Assembly: GCA_951406725.2 (NCBI GenBank)
Contig: OX597828.1
Span: 27,776,001 to 27,840,000, forward strand
Length of the DNA stretch: 64,000 nucleotides
Direction of reading: 5' to 3'
Origin: Octopus vulgaris
Taxonomy: Eukaryota
In this document: piece after piece, positions 12,721-26,445 of the stretch
Layout: every line of letters starts with the position of its first letter
Position numbering within the stretch: position 1 is the first letter of the stretch
Notes under the pieces: generated by a model
Database searches by the model: none
What the model was told of the DNA's origin: nothing
Seen by the model: the letters and a program-made list of their open reading frames with translations, nothing else
Translations under genes and position numbers: made by a program

Positions 12721-13941
12721 GCTAAATACACACACACACACACACCTATATGAATATGTACAACCTTCATATTAATAAGTTACTGCCTTTACTTTTATTT
12801 CGATAGAATGATGGTTTGTTTCCTTATACAGCAACACTGGCGTATTTCAAAATTTCTACTCAAACAAGTTATCTGTCTGTCAGTACTAACAGACAGTATC
12901 TACTTTGAGTGTAGCAGTTGTTTTTCTTAATGCAGATAAAAATACTGAAACTTAATTATAAAATTCTAAAGCCACTTAATTTGATAAATTGTGAAAATTA
13001 AAAGAAGAAAAAAATGGTTGATATGATGTACTTGTGAAAAAATCCAGAATATGTTTAGCAAAATATTGACTAAAAAAAAAAAATGTAAAACAGTTACATA
13101 GCTTTCATTATTATTATGGCTGATATTGTTTCAAGTTCACCATTTAGCTGAACAATATTCCGACCTTGATCAACACTTGTAATATTAGTTAGATATTGTA
13201 AAACAATATAGCCTTTGTAGGTATTGTATAGATAAATTATCTTCTTTTGTGAATCACATATTGTGAATATCAAAAGCCAGAAAGAAATGCGAGTCTTGAA
13301 CATCACTATTTTCATCAGTAACCAAACTCGTGTCAAGACCTAACTCATTATCTTCTTTCTAAATCATACATTTAAGAGGTTTCGTCTATTATGTTGTGAC
13401 ATTATTTTATTTATATAAAGTAACTGTTACTGAATACACCTTTGGTTAAGAAAGGAAAATTAGAATTGCAAGTAGAGTTTTTATTCTTGCTTTTAAATAT
13501 TACTTGTTATAAATGAAGGCTGTCGTTCATCATAAAAGACGACTGATTGCATTTGTCTCACTAAGTCTTAAAAGCCAAATGGTTTTATGTATAATTTGTC
13601 CAATTTGTTTTCGTTTATGAATGGAAATATATTTTCATGAATGGTTTTGCACATTGGACAAAATGTCAATTTGGTTTGAAGATATTTCTATATTTTCAGG
13701 TTGGTACTAACTACACTCACATGACTAATGGCATGGTACATTGATAAAGATTTCAATATGCCAGTTGCATCACAGTTATGTTTCATTTACCTTGTTCATG
13801 TTTCTGATGAAAGGTGTCCAGTTTTGAACTCCTTTCCTTTCTTTCTATAGATGTATATATTAGGAAGGGAAAAGTTGAAAAGAGTGGAATTTAATATTTG
13901 AATTAAATTTATCAGATTTGCTTGAGTTAAATAGATGTTTC

Positions 13942-13979
<38 letters not shown>

Positions 13980-16806
13980 CATCATTTCCATGCTTACTCA
14001 GGTCAGAGAAAATTTGTTGAGGGAGATTTTTCATTGGTTGGATGCCCTCCCTGTTGCTAACCCTCACCTGGTTTGAAGCAAAGTAATATTTCTCTCTATG
14101 GCCAGATGAGTTTTTTTTCACTGAAGACTGGAAATAACAGAATCATTTATATGATAGTGATGCTCATTTACAACTGTTATATGCTTCCAAGACAAGAATA
14201 CGTGGAATCATACGTAAGTATGTATGTATGTACATATACACACATGTAAGTAAGCACACAGGTACAAAACAAGTTGGAATATATATCATCGTTTAACGTC
14301 TGTTTTCCGTGCTAGCACGAGTTGGATGGTTCGTATGTATATCATTGTTCGTGTGTGTGTATGTGTATGGTAGGCTTCTTCCTGTTTCTATGTATCAAGT
14401 CCACTCAAAACAAAGAGCCAATGCCAAGGTGCCACTTAGTGGGATTGAACTTGAGGCCACCTGGTTTAAAAGCAAGTTTCTTAATCATAAAACCATGCCT
14501 GTGTCAGTATATAAGTTCAAATTCCACTAAGGTTAACGTTGCTTCCATCTTTTAGCATTGATGAAAACCATAACAAATCTATGATGGTGGATTGGCAGAA
14601 TTGATAGAGGGCAGGGAAGATGTAATGCCTTGTTCTTACTCTATGTATTCTGATAGCTACACCTGCAGCAATAGTGCCAAATTGGCAGCCTTTCTCTAAG
14701 ACAAATATTCATGGCATAGAGAAGCAAGACTTGCATTTATATGCAACTGCAAGTATGCCCCCCAAAAATTCTCCCCCCGGGCCTGTTCATATACTTTCAG
14801 ATGAATGGGTTCCTTTTAACTCAGTGTATAATTTGTTTTATCTTAATAAGAATGAGATTATTGTTCAATAAAATAGAATGTGAAATTTAATTAAGATTTA
14901 AATTTTAGTTGGAGAAATACTATATTGTTTGCCTAATGTGAATTTAGGAATATGTAAAATATATCTTAAAGGAAATTTGCCATATTTTCTCCTGTACAAG
15001 TCACATCCCTAATCTGGTGTCAAACATAATTTTCTCCATTCATATAGAATATTGCCCTGTGTATAACTTGCACTCCAGTTTGTTTGTTTGTTTTTTTTTT
15101 CAATTAGAATCAAGTTTAAAGTAGCATGAATTAAATACAAGTAAATATTGTATGTTTGACATACAGTGTTTTGTGAAAAGAAAGCTGTTTCACAGAGTGA
15201 ATAGAATTTCTTTTAGAATATCACATATTGTCATTATGTATTTAATATCTTAGTAAATCTGCTATTATTCAAAGCAGCAGAGCTTAACTGAGGCTACTTC
15301 TTACATTATCTCTCTCAACTGTGCATCTTGTCAAATGCAACACTAAATATACCATTCTCTTTATGTGGTTAATATGCCAAGAAATAGAATACCCCTGCCA
15401 TAGTTTATCAAACCCCAGTTCAAATATTCATCAATATTTTATGCTGCTTATGTAAGTTTATACATCATCATCAGAGTGTATATGTAATGGGTATCATTCG
15501 GTGTTGGTCAGAGATATTTCTCTAACTGATGTAGGCATTTGATACGGCGTACATGAGAGATTTGAACAATTATCAGTTTATAAGAAATGACAGACCAGTA
15601 ACTATAAGGCTAATGTTATTGTTCTCTTGGGAAAGTCTCTTTGTAAAAGCATTTTAGGGTTAAAATCCAAAGTTAAAGAGTAAGAGCACGAGATCTGCGA
15701 CTGGGGATCCTGATTTTGAATCTTCTTAGAATGTTCCTTATTTCTGTCTTATAAACACAAGACAAACAGCATGCTTTCAGTTATGGTTGATGAACATTCT
15801 AACAGTATAATGAAATGGTTCCATATATTGAATTTATTCACTACTCTGGTGTTGATAATGCTGTTAATTGAACCAAAATTGAACCAATAAACAAGGGGCA
15901 TATTTTGCCACTAAATATTGTTTCAACAGTATATAAACATACTAGGTACTATTTTCAACTGTCCATGCCGAAGTTAAGAATTGCTATTATAATCTATTCT
16001 CTCGACATTTTTTCATTTAGTACCTTATTGTATTATAGTAGAATGGAACTGGCTGAAAACCAAAATAATGAAAGAAGACAAAAATTAATAAATAAAACAC
16101 AATTTGTTGTTTTCAAAACTGTCTTTTGTAATAATAAATTGTATTCTTGCATGTTTCCAGAAGGAAGGGAAAGTTGCCATATGAATAGAAAGCAGGAAAG
16201 GTTTAGGGTATGACTAACAAGGGTCACGTTGGTACGAGATTATTTATTTTACTTGTCTGAATTTCTCTGAGCTGAAGAACTATTGCTATTCATCACTGTT
16301 CTTCCACCATCATCTTTTAACGTTAATATTTTCATGTTTGCATTGGTCAGACAGAATATGTTGAGGGAGATTTTCTACAACTGGATGCTCTTTCTGTTGC
16401 TGACATTCCCTTGTTTCTCAAGAGCATCATTAATCATCTTTGCAAGGTGATTAATGATGCTCGTTTACAACTTTCATGTAATGTCTAGACAAGGACACAC
16501 ACACACACATGCTTCTTTCAGTTTTTATCTATCAAATCTACTCTCAAGGCTTTGGTCAGCCCAGGGTTATAGTAGAAGACATTTGCCCAAAGTGAGACAA
16601 CCCAAAACCATGTGATTGGAAAGCAAGCTTCTTAACCTCTGAGCCATAGCTGCATCCTTTATTATTCATTGATGTAGTTGGACCAGAGTCCTTATTTTGA
16701 TTGCTATTCTCACTGTATTTTGCCAGTTGTATCCTGGGGTCTACTTCAGGCTTCAAATGCAACTGGCACTCTAAGCAGGCAGGAGAATATAACCTTTTTT
16801 TTTTTG

Positions 16807-17205
16807 TACTTGTTTCAGTCATGTGACTCTGGCCATGCTGGAGCACCGCCTTTAGTTGAGCAAATCGACCCCAGAACTTATTCTTTGTAAGCCTAGTACT
16901 TATTCTATTGGTCTCTTATGCCGAACCGCTAAGTTACGGGGACATAAACACACCAGCATCGGTTGTCAAGCGATGTTGGGGGGGACAAACGCAGACACAC
17001 AAACATATACACACACATACATATATACATATACATATACACCACAGGCTTCTTTCAGTTTCCGTCTACCAAATCCACTCACAAGGCTTTGGTCAGCCCG
17101 AGGCTATAGTAGAAGACACTTGCCCAAGGTGCTACGCAGTGGGACTGAACCCGGAACCATGTGCTTGGTAAACAAGCTACTTATCACACAGCCACTCCTA
17201 CGCCT
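16807..17205 (-). mobile_element. CORE-type SINE, full length, well conserved
   Basis: Highly similar to 8469-8887 along its whole length. Confidence 0.9.
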
Positions 17206-17581
17206 ATAATTGCCAAATTTTTGTGATTATAACAAAGATGTGGACACCAGTGTAAATATCAGTGATACGGGGAGATATTTTACTTACTAAAGCTTCCTTG
17301 TACAATTATAGTGGTAAGCATTGAATGTTTGCCTTCATAGTTAAGTGCATGTAGTTTTTCTTGCATCAGAACTCATGCAGCAAATACTTTTAAAAGCATT
17401 CATCAGTAAGTTAATTGAGTGATTAATGTTATTTGAAACATTATTCATGAGTCATGAACTGCAATTCTGTTATCACCATTAACTAGTATGTTTAGACAAA
17501 ACATGTTAATCAATTTATATCAGTCTTTTTCATCAGAAAGATTAGGTATTGTAAATTCAGGATTGAACGCTTGCTATTGTG

Positions 17582-17690
17582 AGGGAGAGCAAAATAGACA
17601 AAGACAGGTGCATAAACAAACAGGTGTATTAGTTGTTTGACGCTCAGGAAAGTGAGAAAGTCTTTTACGTTTCAAGCCTACGTTCTTCAT
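17582..17690 (-). mobile_element. Truncated relative of 12283-12475 with a partial hammerhead
   Basis: Minus strand TGA-A-GAAC-GTAG-GCTT-GAAA-CG-TA-AAAG cut off by a (TA)n run; shares GGGAGAG, GTATTAG and CTCAGGAA motifs. Confidence 0.55.
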
Positions 17691-19214
17691 ATATGTATAT
17701 ATATATAGTTTACTATTCCATTGAGGTAAGATCTAAAAAAAAAGTGCTCCATCCAATGAGAGATAAATGTAATTTAATCCATTTAATGTACACTGTATTA
17801 AGATAAGTTTCTTGCTATGGAGACACATGGCTAGACAGGTTTTTATAACATGGTTTGTTTATCCAAGCAATCTCAGGTTCTAAGCACACAGTCTATTCTG
17901 TTTGAATATCAAGAAGGTTGATGCAAAAAGTGGAAGGGTGAATAAAAATGGGAAAAGAAGAGAAAGAAGAGTTTCATTCCCTTTGGCTGTAAAAGTCATA
18001 ATTAAACTAGTTATAGAATAATTCAATGGAAAGGGATCCAAAATCTCCAAGAGAGCTGCTTAATCCAGAGAGGGCAGTGTCCTTCAGTTCACCCAGAGAA
18101 ATATATCCATGTGCTTGCATTTACTGAAAATTTTAGCCCTGGAATTAAGCAGTATGGTGGAATTCTTGGATCCACTTACATATGGCATGAATTTCACCAC
18201 GATTCTTCACTTGACTGTGTGTGGTATGCAACTTAGTGGCTTTACTTTTGTTGGTACACACATTTCGAAATGCATATCTAAACAGGGCTTCCAGCAATAG
18301 AAAACCATGTCAAATCTGACTGGAGTCTGGTGCAGCCTTCCAGCTAACCAGCCCTGGTCAAACCATCCACCCATGCCAGCATGAACAATGGATGTTAAAT
18401 AATGATATATATATATATATCCTTTGTATGCCTAGTACTTATTCTATCGGTCTCTTTTACTGAACCACTAGGTTACAGGAACATAAACACACCAACACCA
18501 GTGTCAAGTGATGGTGGGGTAACAAACATAAACACAAAAACACACACAGACACACACATACATATATATTTACAGGGTCCGATGAAAGAATTGTCAACTA
18601 AATTACACAAAAGTGAAAAGTAGAAAAATAAGCTTTTCTTTAATTAGTATCTTGATTTTATAGAATTACCCAAAATTAATTATATTTTTAAGCAGAAACA
18701 TTGTTCCAGTGCCCATTTCAGTATGTGATTACACACACACATACACGCACATGTACTACATATATATATATATATATATATATCGGTCTCAAAAGAGACT
18801 GATAGAATAAGTACTAGGCATACAAAGGATAAGTCCTGGAGTTGATTTGTTCGACTAAAGGTGGTGCTCTAGAATGGCCACAGTCAAATGACTGAAACAA
18901 GTAAAAGAATAAAAGAATATATATACATAACAAAATGGCAGAGATGGAAAATGGAATATGTGTGAAAATTTATTGCTCACAATGACCATATCAACTCATA
19001 CTTCATCGATCCCTCATGGGTGGGATGCTGTGCGGTTGGTGGTGGTGCATCCATCAGTGCGGACACATCTCGTCCGGTGATGTTATAAATGTTATCTCAT
19101 TAAATAAACCCTATCTCACTTGGTTTTAATACAGCATGTTGTTAGTGACTGCCCTTGTGCAGGAATGGCTAACCACTAAGTACATACCTTCACCAGCCAG
19201 CTGTAATTACTATG

Positions 19215-19435
19215 CAGTCATCCCTCACCATATCATGGTTCACTGATCACAGTTCACCTATTACGGTTTATTATTTTAGCTTATGTCAATTCCTCCGTGG
19301 TGTTGTTTTGCATTTATAATAAAATAAATATATACAAATTATAAAGAAATATACAGTACTGTTTCTACTTTGTGGATTTTCAGATATCGCAGGAGGTTTG
19401 GGAATGTAACACACACGATAGTCAAGGGATTACTG
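19215..19435. mobile_element. Tc1/mariner-superfamily (Tigger/pogo-like) MITE
   Basis: TIRs CAGTCATCCCT ... AGGGATTACTG followed by TA; about 220 bp, no ORF. Confidence 0.7.
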
Positions 19436-19599
19436 TATATATGTATGTATGTGTATGTATATATAACAATATCTGTTTCAACACACAATTTCTCATCAAG
19501 AATCTTGCAAAACAAATATATATATACATATATATTGTGTCAGCTCACTCTCGGGAGCTACTGGTAATGTATAACCCAGTACAACTTGTCCCTTGGTCA

Positions 19600-19860
19600 T
19601 ATCATGGCCAACTAAACTGACAACCCCACAAAGCTTGTTTGGTGAGGTGGGTGATTTTGACATCCTACATGATGGGAAACAAAGGCTATCAAATGACAGA
19701 GGAACTCATAAGTGTGACCAGCCTGCCAATAATGTGTATATAGAGGAGTTAACCTCAGTGATGAAAATTCCCTGAGCTAGGATCATGGTGAAGTCATGGG
19801 AAGCAGCATGGCAGATGTGAAGTTGGGTCTATTGATCTTCATCTAACATATGGTCTTCAT
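19600..19860 (+). pseudogene. Possible highly decayed LINE APE endonuclease fragment
   Basis: VGDFDILH at ~19647 and GSIDLHLT at ~19825, about 60 codons apart, like the GDFN...S-IDL motifs of APE domains; needs a frameshift. Confidence 0.35.
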
Positions 19861-20277
19861 TTGGTAAAACTACACAACACAGCCTGGGCAGAAGAGCTTC
19901 TGCATCCAACGGTCAGTCAAGGGTCAACCAATCCAGTTAGCAGATTACTGTCAGTTGATAGAACTGGCAATTCCTCATCTCACTTTAGCTACTTGAAAAC
20001 TCTATGGAATTCTGGATTCTCATTGTGTCACCAGTTGAAGTTCAATGACTACTGGTGTGTGTGTGTGTGTACATATGCTTAATATAAATAGAATTAAATA
20101 CATGAATGTCTTTATATTAATTTTAATCATTCGAAAGATACAAAAGGGACTCCAGGTGTGAGTCACTTTTATGCACGAAGCGCTTGGCCATCGAGTCACC
20201 TTTGCAATATTCTGCCAATTAAAAGGTGTTGTGTGTGTGTGTAAAATTATTTTAGCATTTTCTATCTTGACTTGTTT

Positions 20278-20314
<37 letters not shown>

Positions 20315-20319
<5 letters not shown>

Positions 20320-20870
20320 CAAAAATGGGACAAGAACACAAAACATCCAGACAGTTAGGTGATACAAAAAGGAGACAACAAGACATCCAGATAAATGATT
20401 CAAAGAAAACAAGGACAGGTCATTTGGAATTTTCTTTCCTCAGTCGAGTTCCAGATTATCTTTGCAATTTCAGCTGGTTATACTCGAGATTGCTCCAATC
20501 TGGCCAGCTCCAAGGAAAAACTAAGCTAAGCGCACTAGATTCTTTGGAAGAAAGCAGCGAATGTATACGAAAAGAAGGATGGAAAAAAAACAGAGAAATG
20601 GTACACAAATACAAATAACAGGACATTAATAATGGGTGTCTTTCGACTAAGGACAAATTATATTAAGCTGGCGTGTGTGGAAGTAAAGCCTTACGGCAGG
20701 GACATAAGATTTGAAATGCACAGGGAGGAATATAGATGTTGCATGGATGGCAGCCGAACCAAGAAAGAAAGGTCAGGCTTGGCCGAACACCAGTCATATG
20801 GGAAGAGGTAGAGGCAGTGAAATAGAAGAATTAAGGAGGGCGGTAAGAAAAAAAGATATATCACTTGTTT
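20315..20870. repeat. Unclassified interspersed repeat next to a (TA)n run
   Basis: Abrupt compositional change after (TA)n; internal duplicated ACATCCAGA; no recognisable protein motif. Confidence 0.35.
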
Positions 20871-22588
20871 CCCTAACATGTTTAGTCTGAGATATAAAAC
20901 AATTGCATCATGCTTAAGTCACTGCAGCTTTTAAAAACACAAGGAGGCTGTTATCTTCTCTTTTGCGCCATTATTATTTTGTAATAAAATGCTGTATTAT
21001 TAGGTATCAAAGTCTTTTGTCACTGATAATCAACTTCACTTTATGCAGCAGAAGATACGGGGAAACAGAATATTAGTGACCAGGTCACAGATGTATTATG
21101 AAAGAAGACTTTGGTATCTAATAATCTATCACATTATTGCAAAATATCATCATCATCATCATCACTATCATCATCACCACCACCATCATTATCATCATCA
21201 CCACCACCATCATTATCATCATCACCATTGTCATCATCGTCGTCATCATCGTCATCATTTAATGTCTATCAATCCATTGGCATTTAATGCCAGTCTGTGC
21301 CGGTATGGATTGGACGGTTTGATAGGATCCAGCATACTGACTGCTGGACTTCAGTCAGCTCTGTCCTGGTTTCTACAGCTGGGTACCCTTTCTAACACCA
21401 ACTACTTTACAGTGTGTACAGGGAGTTTGTTTTCTGATTTTGTACCATGGTGCTCGTGGGGTCACCAAATAGGTTGCAAGACAGAAAAAGAACAGGGTGA
21501 AATTGGGAGAGGAGCGGGGAAGATGAACCATGACTGTGTGAAGGAGGGGACTATTTGGGAGGGAGGAGGAGGTGGCTTTATGCCAGGTGTTGAAAGGCAA
21601 AAGTATGATAGAGGGACAATTAAAGGTGTAGAAATATGTAGCTGCCCCATAATTTGATATAAGGATGGACAGGTGTAACCAGGTAAAAAATAAAGGTGGC
21701 ACTGATGAGGTTTCTGAGTAAACCATCAAGATACAAGAAGATGAAACATAAGGAGGATACAGGAGGAAGAAAAGGGTAGGCCGTACCTTAAGTGTATGAG
21801 GAGATAGGTAAACATTAAGATGAAAGAGTATATGCTTTCATTAGCTATGGTGCTTCTAATACAAGGAATTGGTTATAATTGTTTATGGTGCCCCATACTG
21901 TCCCATACTGGCTCACAAACGACATGGATCTCTGAGTGCCATGAGTTTTTTATGTATTCTTATTTTATGCAATTTTCAATGTTGCTTTAATTGTTTCATA
22001 TTTATCATGTGGACCTGTTGGTGTAGCTCCTTATATACCCATAGCCTATCTTACTGTCAAGTATTTGCCAATCACTTTTCTGATTGTGTCCCAGTTTGCC
22101 TGTATTATGCGTGTGTGTGTCTCCTTGTCTTGATATCACATGGTAGTTGTAAATGAGTGTCACTGTCATACAAGCAGTGTTGCTATTCTTTGAAAAACAC
22201 GTCTAGCTATGGAGAAATATCACCTTTCTTGGAAACAGGTGAGACAAGAAGAGCATGTGACCATAGAACATCTGCCTCAGTCTGACCCATGCAAGAATGT
22301 ACGTTAAAAGGGTGATGATATATATATATATATATATATACATACAAACAGATATATGTCATACACACACACATACATGCATACATATACATGCATGCAA
22401 AAGAAAAATCTGTAAGCAAAATGGTTGAGATTTACAACACACACACACACACATATATATATATATTGGCCTACTCGCTTAGCCAGCGGGGTGGCGTCAT
22501 TCGAAGGCTAAAACAATGTGAATGCATTGTGACCAGCGATGTGTAACAACATCTGATGGTCTGGTCGATCACGTGATCACGTGATATA

Positions 22589-22635
<47 letters not shown>

Positions 22636-22802
22636 CAGTATTTAATCATATCAAAGGGAAATGGAATTTAATTAAAATTAAAAACATTCAATCAAAATTT
22701 ACATTTCCAGTGGTCTAACGCGTAAAAAAATTTTAGTCAAAAAGACTATATTATTTGTCATACGCGTAAAAAAAATTTTTTTTTTTTACGAAGCACTCTA
22801 TA

Positions 22803-22840
<38 letters not shown>

Positions 22841-23179
22841 CATGAAACATTTTTTGGTACAGAATTTCCAATCTAAGACTGTCTTATCATTATTTCACAA
22901 AGACCATTTAATGTTACAGAATTATAATCTGCGACTCAACAGTTTTGCCTCTTTCTTTAAAACCCTTCCATTAACAATCACTTTTGACTATTGTCGTGTT
23001 GTTTTCTCAGGTTACCTCTTTCAGCTATAGTTTATAGCTGTGCTCTGCATCAGTTAATATCTCCGGACTGTTCCTTCTTTGACTGTTTTAATCTGGTAAA
23101 TAACTTTCATCAGGCGACATTATTCTTTTTGCCAACCTTTTCAATAATAATAATAATTATTATTATTATTAATTTATAT

Positions 23180-23217
<38 letters not shown>

Positions 23218-24855
23218 TTATTTTGGTTGTATTCCTTCTTCAAATCTTTTCTTTCGTCACTTCATTTCATACTCAGCCCAATCCACTAGAGATTTACCGT
23301 AAGTCTCTTTGTTGTATTCATGGGAAAGAAACTTTTCCCTCTCCTTACATCACACTTGAACTTTTCCAATCCTTTCCCCACCAGAAAAACGAAGCACAAT
23401 GTTGTTAACAGCAAGCTCTTCTCTATGTTTTTCAAACTTTAATTACTATATCAGCCCATGGGATGAAAAAGCAATGCGCAGACGTCCTTAAAACTGTCGC
23501 TGAAGAAGGCAGCTATCTGTTTTCTTTACATGGAAGCATTCTTGCCTAACTTGAATAAAGATGCCTGTTTCTCTTCTAGCTTTCTTTTCTAACCTTCCAT
23601 ACTTCTGATCTGGAACGAGTTTTCCCCAGATGATATCTTTCACATTTTACTTTTGTTTAACAGCAGTTTTCATGACTCTTTAGATAAAGCTATGGAAAAT
23701 AATGACTGAAGACAACAAAACAAACCAAAAATTCTTCCCCATTTGTTCTGCGATGTACATGTGGTCACCTCTCCCTATTTTCTTTCCCATCTTCTTGTAC
23801 TCCTCTCTTCCTAATCATTCTCTTTTACTCTCCTTTTCTATTATCACCTCCTTCTTTTCTTTCTTTATCTTTCTCCCACTTTCGCTTCGTCTCTCCATTT
23901 CTTACTACTCTGTTTAACTTACTCTGCACTCTCTCTCTCCTTTACTCTCTCTTTCCCTCTTCCCTTCTTCTTTGCTTCTTTGTCATTTGTGTTTTTTTTA
24001 TTTATTTACATTTCCATTAACTTTCCATTCCGTTCACTCTTGTCTTTTGCCATTTTATTTCTTCCTCTATCCATCACCATATCTTAACCTCTATTCTATT
24101 TTCTTCCATCAATCTGAAGTTATTCAGGAACTTTCACTTTTTTTTTTTTTAAGTTTATGATAAGATTAAATCTTTCATACATTAGACAGAAAATACATAA
24201 ACAATAGTTTATGCTAATTTAAAAAACAGAAAATATATAAAAATTATACGAATTGATAATAAGAAAAAAATTCTCTTTTAATATTTTAAACGTGGAAGAC
24301 AGAGAATAATCAACAAATGTTGGGGTGTGGAGAACTGGAGAAATAGCAAAGTCCTAAAGGTATTGCTCTGATAAGTTCTTTGGCACCGTTTTGTTTAGGA
24401 TTCCTTATTTGAATTCAAGAAAGAAAAACGTAGTCATTGAACAGTTTCAGGGTTGTTTTGATGAAGTTTAAGTCATTGGTGAGAGAGCAACTCGGTAACA
24501 CATCATGTCTGCAGGTTTATGTGAAACAGTTCCCAATGGTATGTAATTTTACTAGAGAAAGCAAGGAACCATTGTTGAAAGTTAAACATATCTAAAAGTC
24601 ATTCCAGTAACTCTGAGAGAGAGAGAGAGAGAGATTGTGTGTGTGTGTAAGACACGGAGAGACATATGAAAACTATTAAAATGCTGTAAAATTGAATAAC
24701 CTCTCTGAGGAACCAACTTAGTTGATTGGCAGTGCTAAGAAAATTATTTTTGCTTTTATCACATATACTACCATATATTTAGAAATGTACATATACAAAC
24801 GCGTGTGCACGCACACACACATACATATGCATACACAGGTGCAAATATATATATA

Positions 24856-24897
<42 letters not shown>

Positions 24898-25385
24898 CGT
24901 ATATATATATATATATATATTATGTATGTATATATATATATATATATATAAATGTATATATAAATATATATGTATGTGTCTGTCTGTATGTATGTATATA
25001 AAACACTCATGTCAGTCTTTTTATAAATCACTCTGGCAATTTCAAAGTACAGTTGCCAGTCTGTCGACAGACTTGTTCAAAGCTATGCATTACACTTGTA
25101 AGGGGTCCTGACAAAGGAAGAGCGCTATAACAGAGAAATGTTGGCAAGGATGTGTCATCTGACTACAGAATCTGTATGTTTTTCACTGAAATATGCAGAT
25201 TCACTTAATGCCAAGATCTGTCTTGCTTGAAATGCTTTCATAAATTTCTTTCTTTCTTTACAAACCCAGCAAATAATAGATTTGTCATTTTAAACTTTTC
25301 TGAAAGTATTTTGTGTTATAACTTTATTGCTCCATTGTTTTCTCATAAAGTTCTAAAACACATGCTCACACAAGTAAACCTATGG

Positions 25386-25428
<43 letters not shown>

Positions 25429-26032
25429 GCATATGCTCACTGCACACATCACACACTTACACAACACTTACAGTGGCTTTGAGTGAGTCAAGTTATGTGA
25501 AACCTATGTTCAGATTAGATTCTCTTGATACCACACATGAACATACACATGCACACATATACACACACACACATAAGCAGTCACACACACTCACACATAC
25601 ACATACACACACGGATGCACACACTTGTTGTTAGATGAAATACTTCTTTGACATACATCAGCAGATGTATTCAGACCCAGCATCAAAGAAAACGGATAAA
25701 AATTCCAATGTATCGTTTTTAAGTCTAACACCAGCATTCCAGATATTCTCATCTCAATTGTGTTTTGGTGGACTTTCAAACTGAAGACTGAAGACATAGT
25801 TTACTCCAATAGTAAGACATTTCAGTGAGGTTTAGCCCTTAACACACACACATTCACTTCAGAGTTATATGATTAAGTGCAGCCATTTGGACATACACAC
25901 ACACACAGAGGCATGCATGTAGAAAGAAACACACACAGATAGCGAGAGAGAGAAAGAGAGAGAGATACCTTATTAATTGAGCACAATTCTGTTCTTGATG
26001 GACAAGTCTATTCTTGAGCACAGCAATGCACC

Positions 26033-26075
<43 letters not shown>

Positions 26076-26173
26076 ATATATATATATGTGTGTGTGTGTT
26101 AAGATATTTCGTATTTACAAGATTATATACGTATATTTATTTATTTATTTAATTATTTTATTGTTTTTATCTT

Positions 26174-26256
26174 TGACCTGAAGAGTGGCTATATTTATAT
26201 AGAATTGATTTTACTCTTATTGTTTCTTAAATATAGCCATGAAATACATGTAGTCA
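26174..26256 (+). ncRNA. Putative minimal type-I hammerhead ribozyme
   Basis: TGAC-CTGAAGA-[GTGGCTATATTTA..30 nt..TAAATATAGCCAT, 13-bp stem II]-GAAA-TACATG-TA^GTCA; stem I TGAC/GTCA; palindromic TACATGTA in place of helix III. Confidence 0.7.
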
Positions 26257-26445
26257 TTTCACCAAATATATACGTTTAATTTATTTATTTTGCACATTAC
26301 TTAATCATTGGTATATGTTTTTATCTTATATTTAATTTTTTCTATAAGATGTAATTTTTTTCTATATGGCACAATTTAATTTTTTCATTGTTGAATTGAT
26401 AAAAGGTGTTTTTTTTTTTAATATATATATATGTATATATACACA

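Noticed and set aside
13685-13742. Acceptor TTTTCAG|GTTGGT as an exon start or recursive site
   Set aside because: Weak donors and an interrupted pyrimidine tract; expected by chance in AT-rich DNA.
17950-18300. Coding-like segment
   Set aside because: Only short open frames and no identifiable motif.
21043-21657. 204-aa His-rich ORF
   Set aside because: Made of a (CAT)n tract plus a diverged retroposon tail; no protein family signal.
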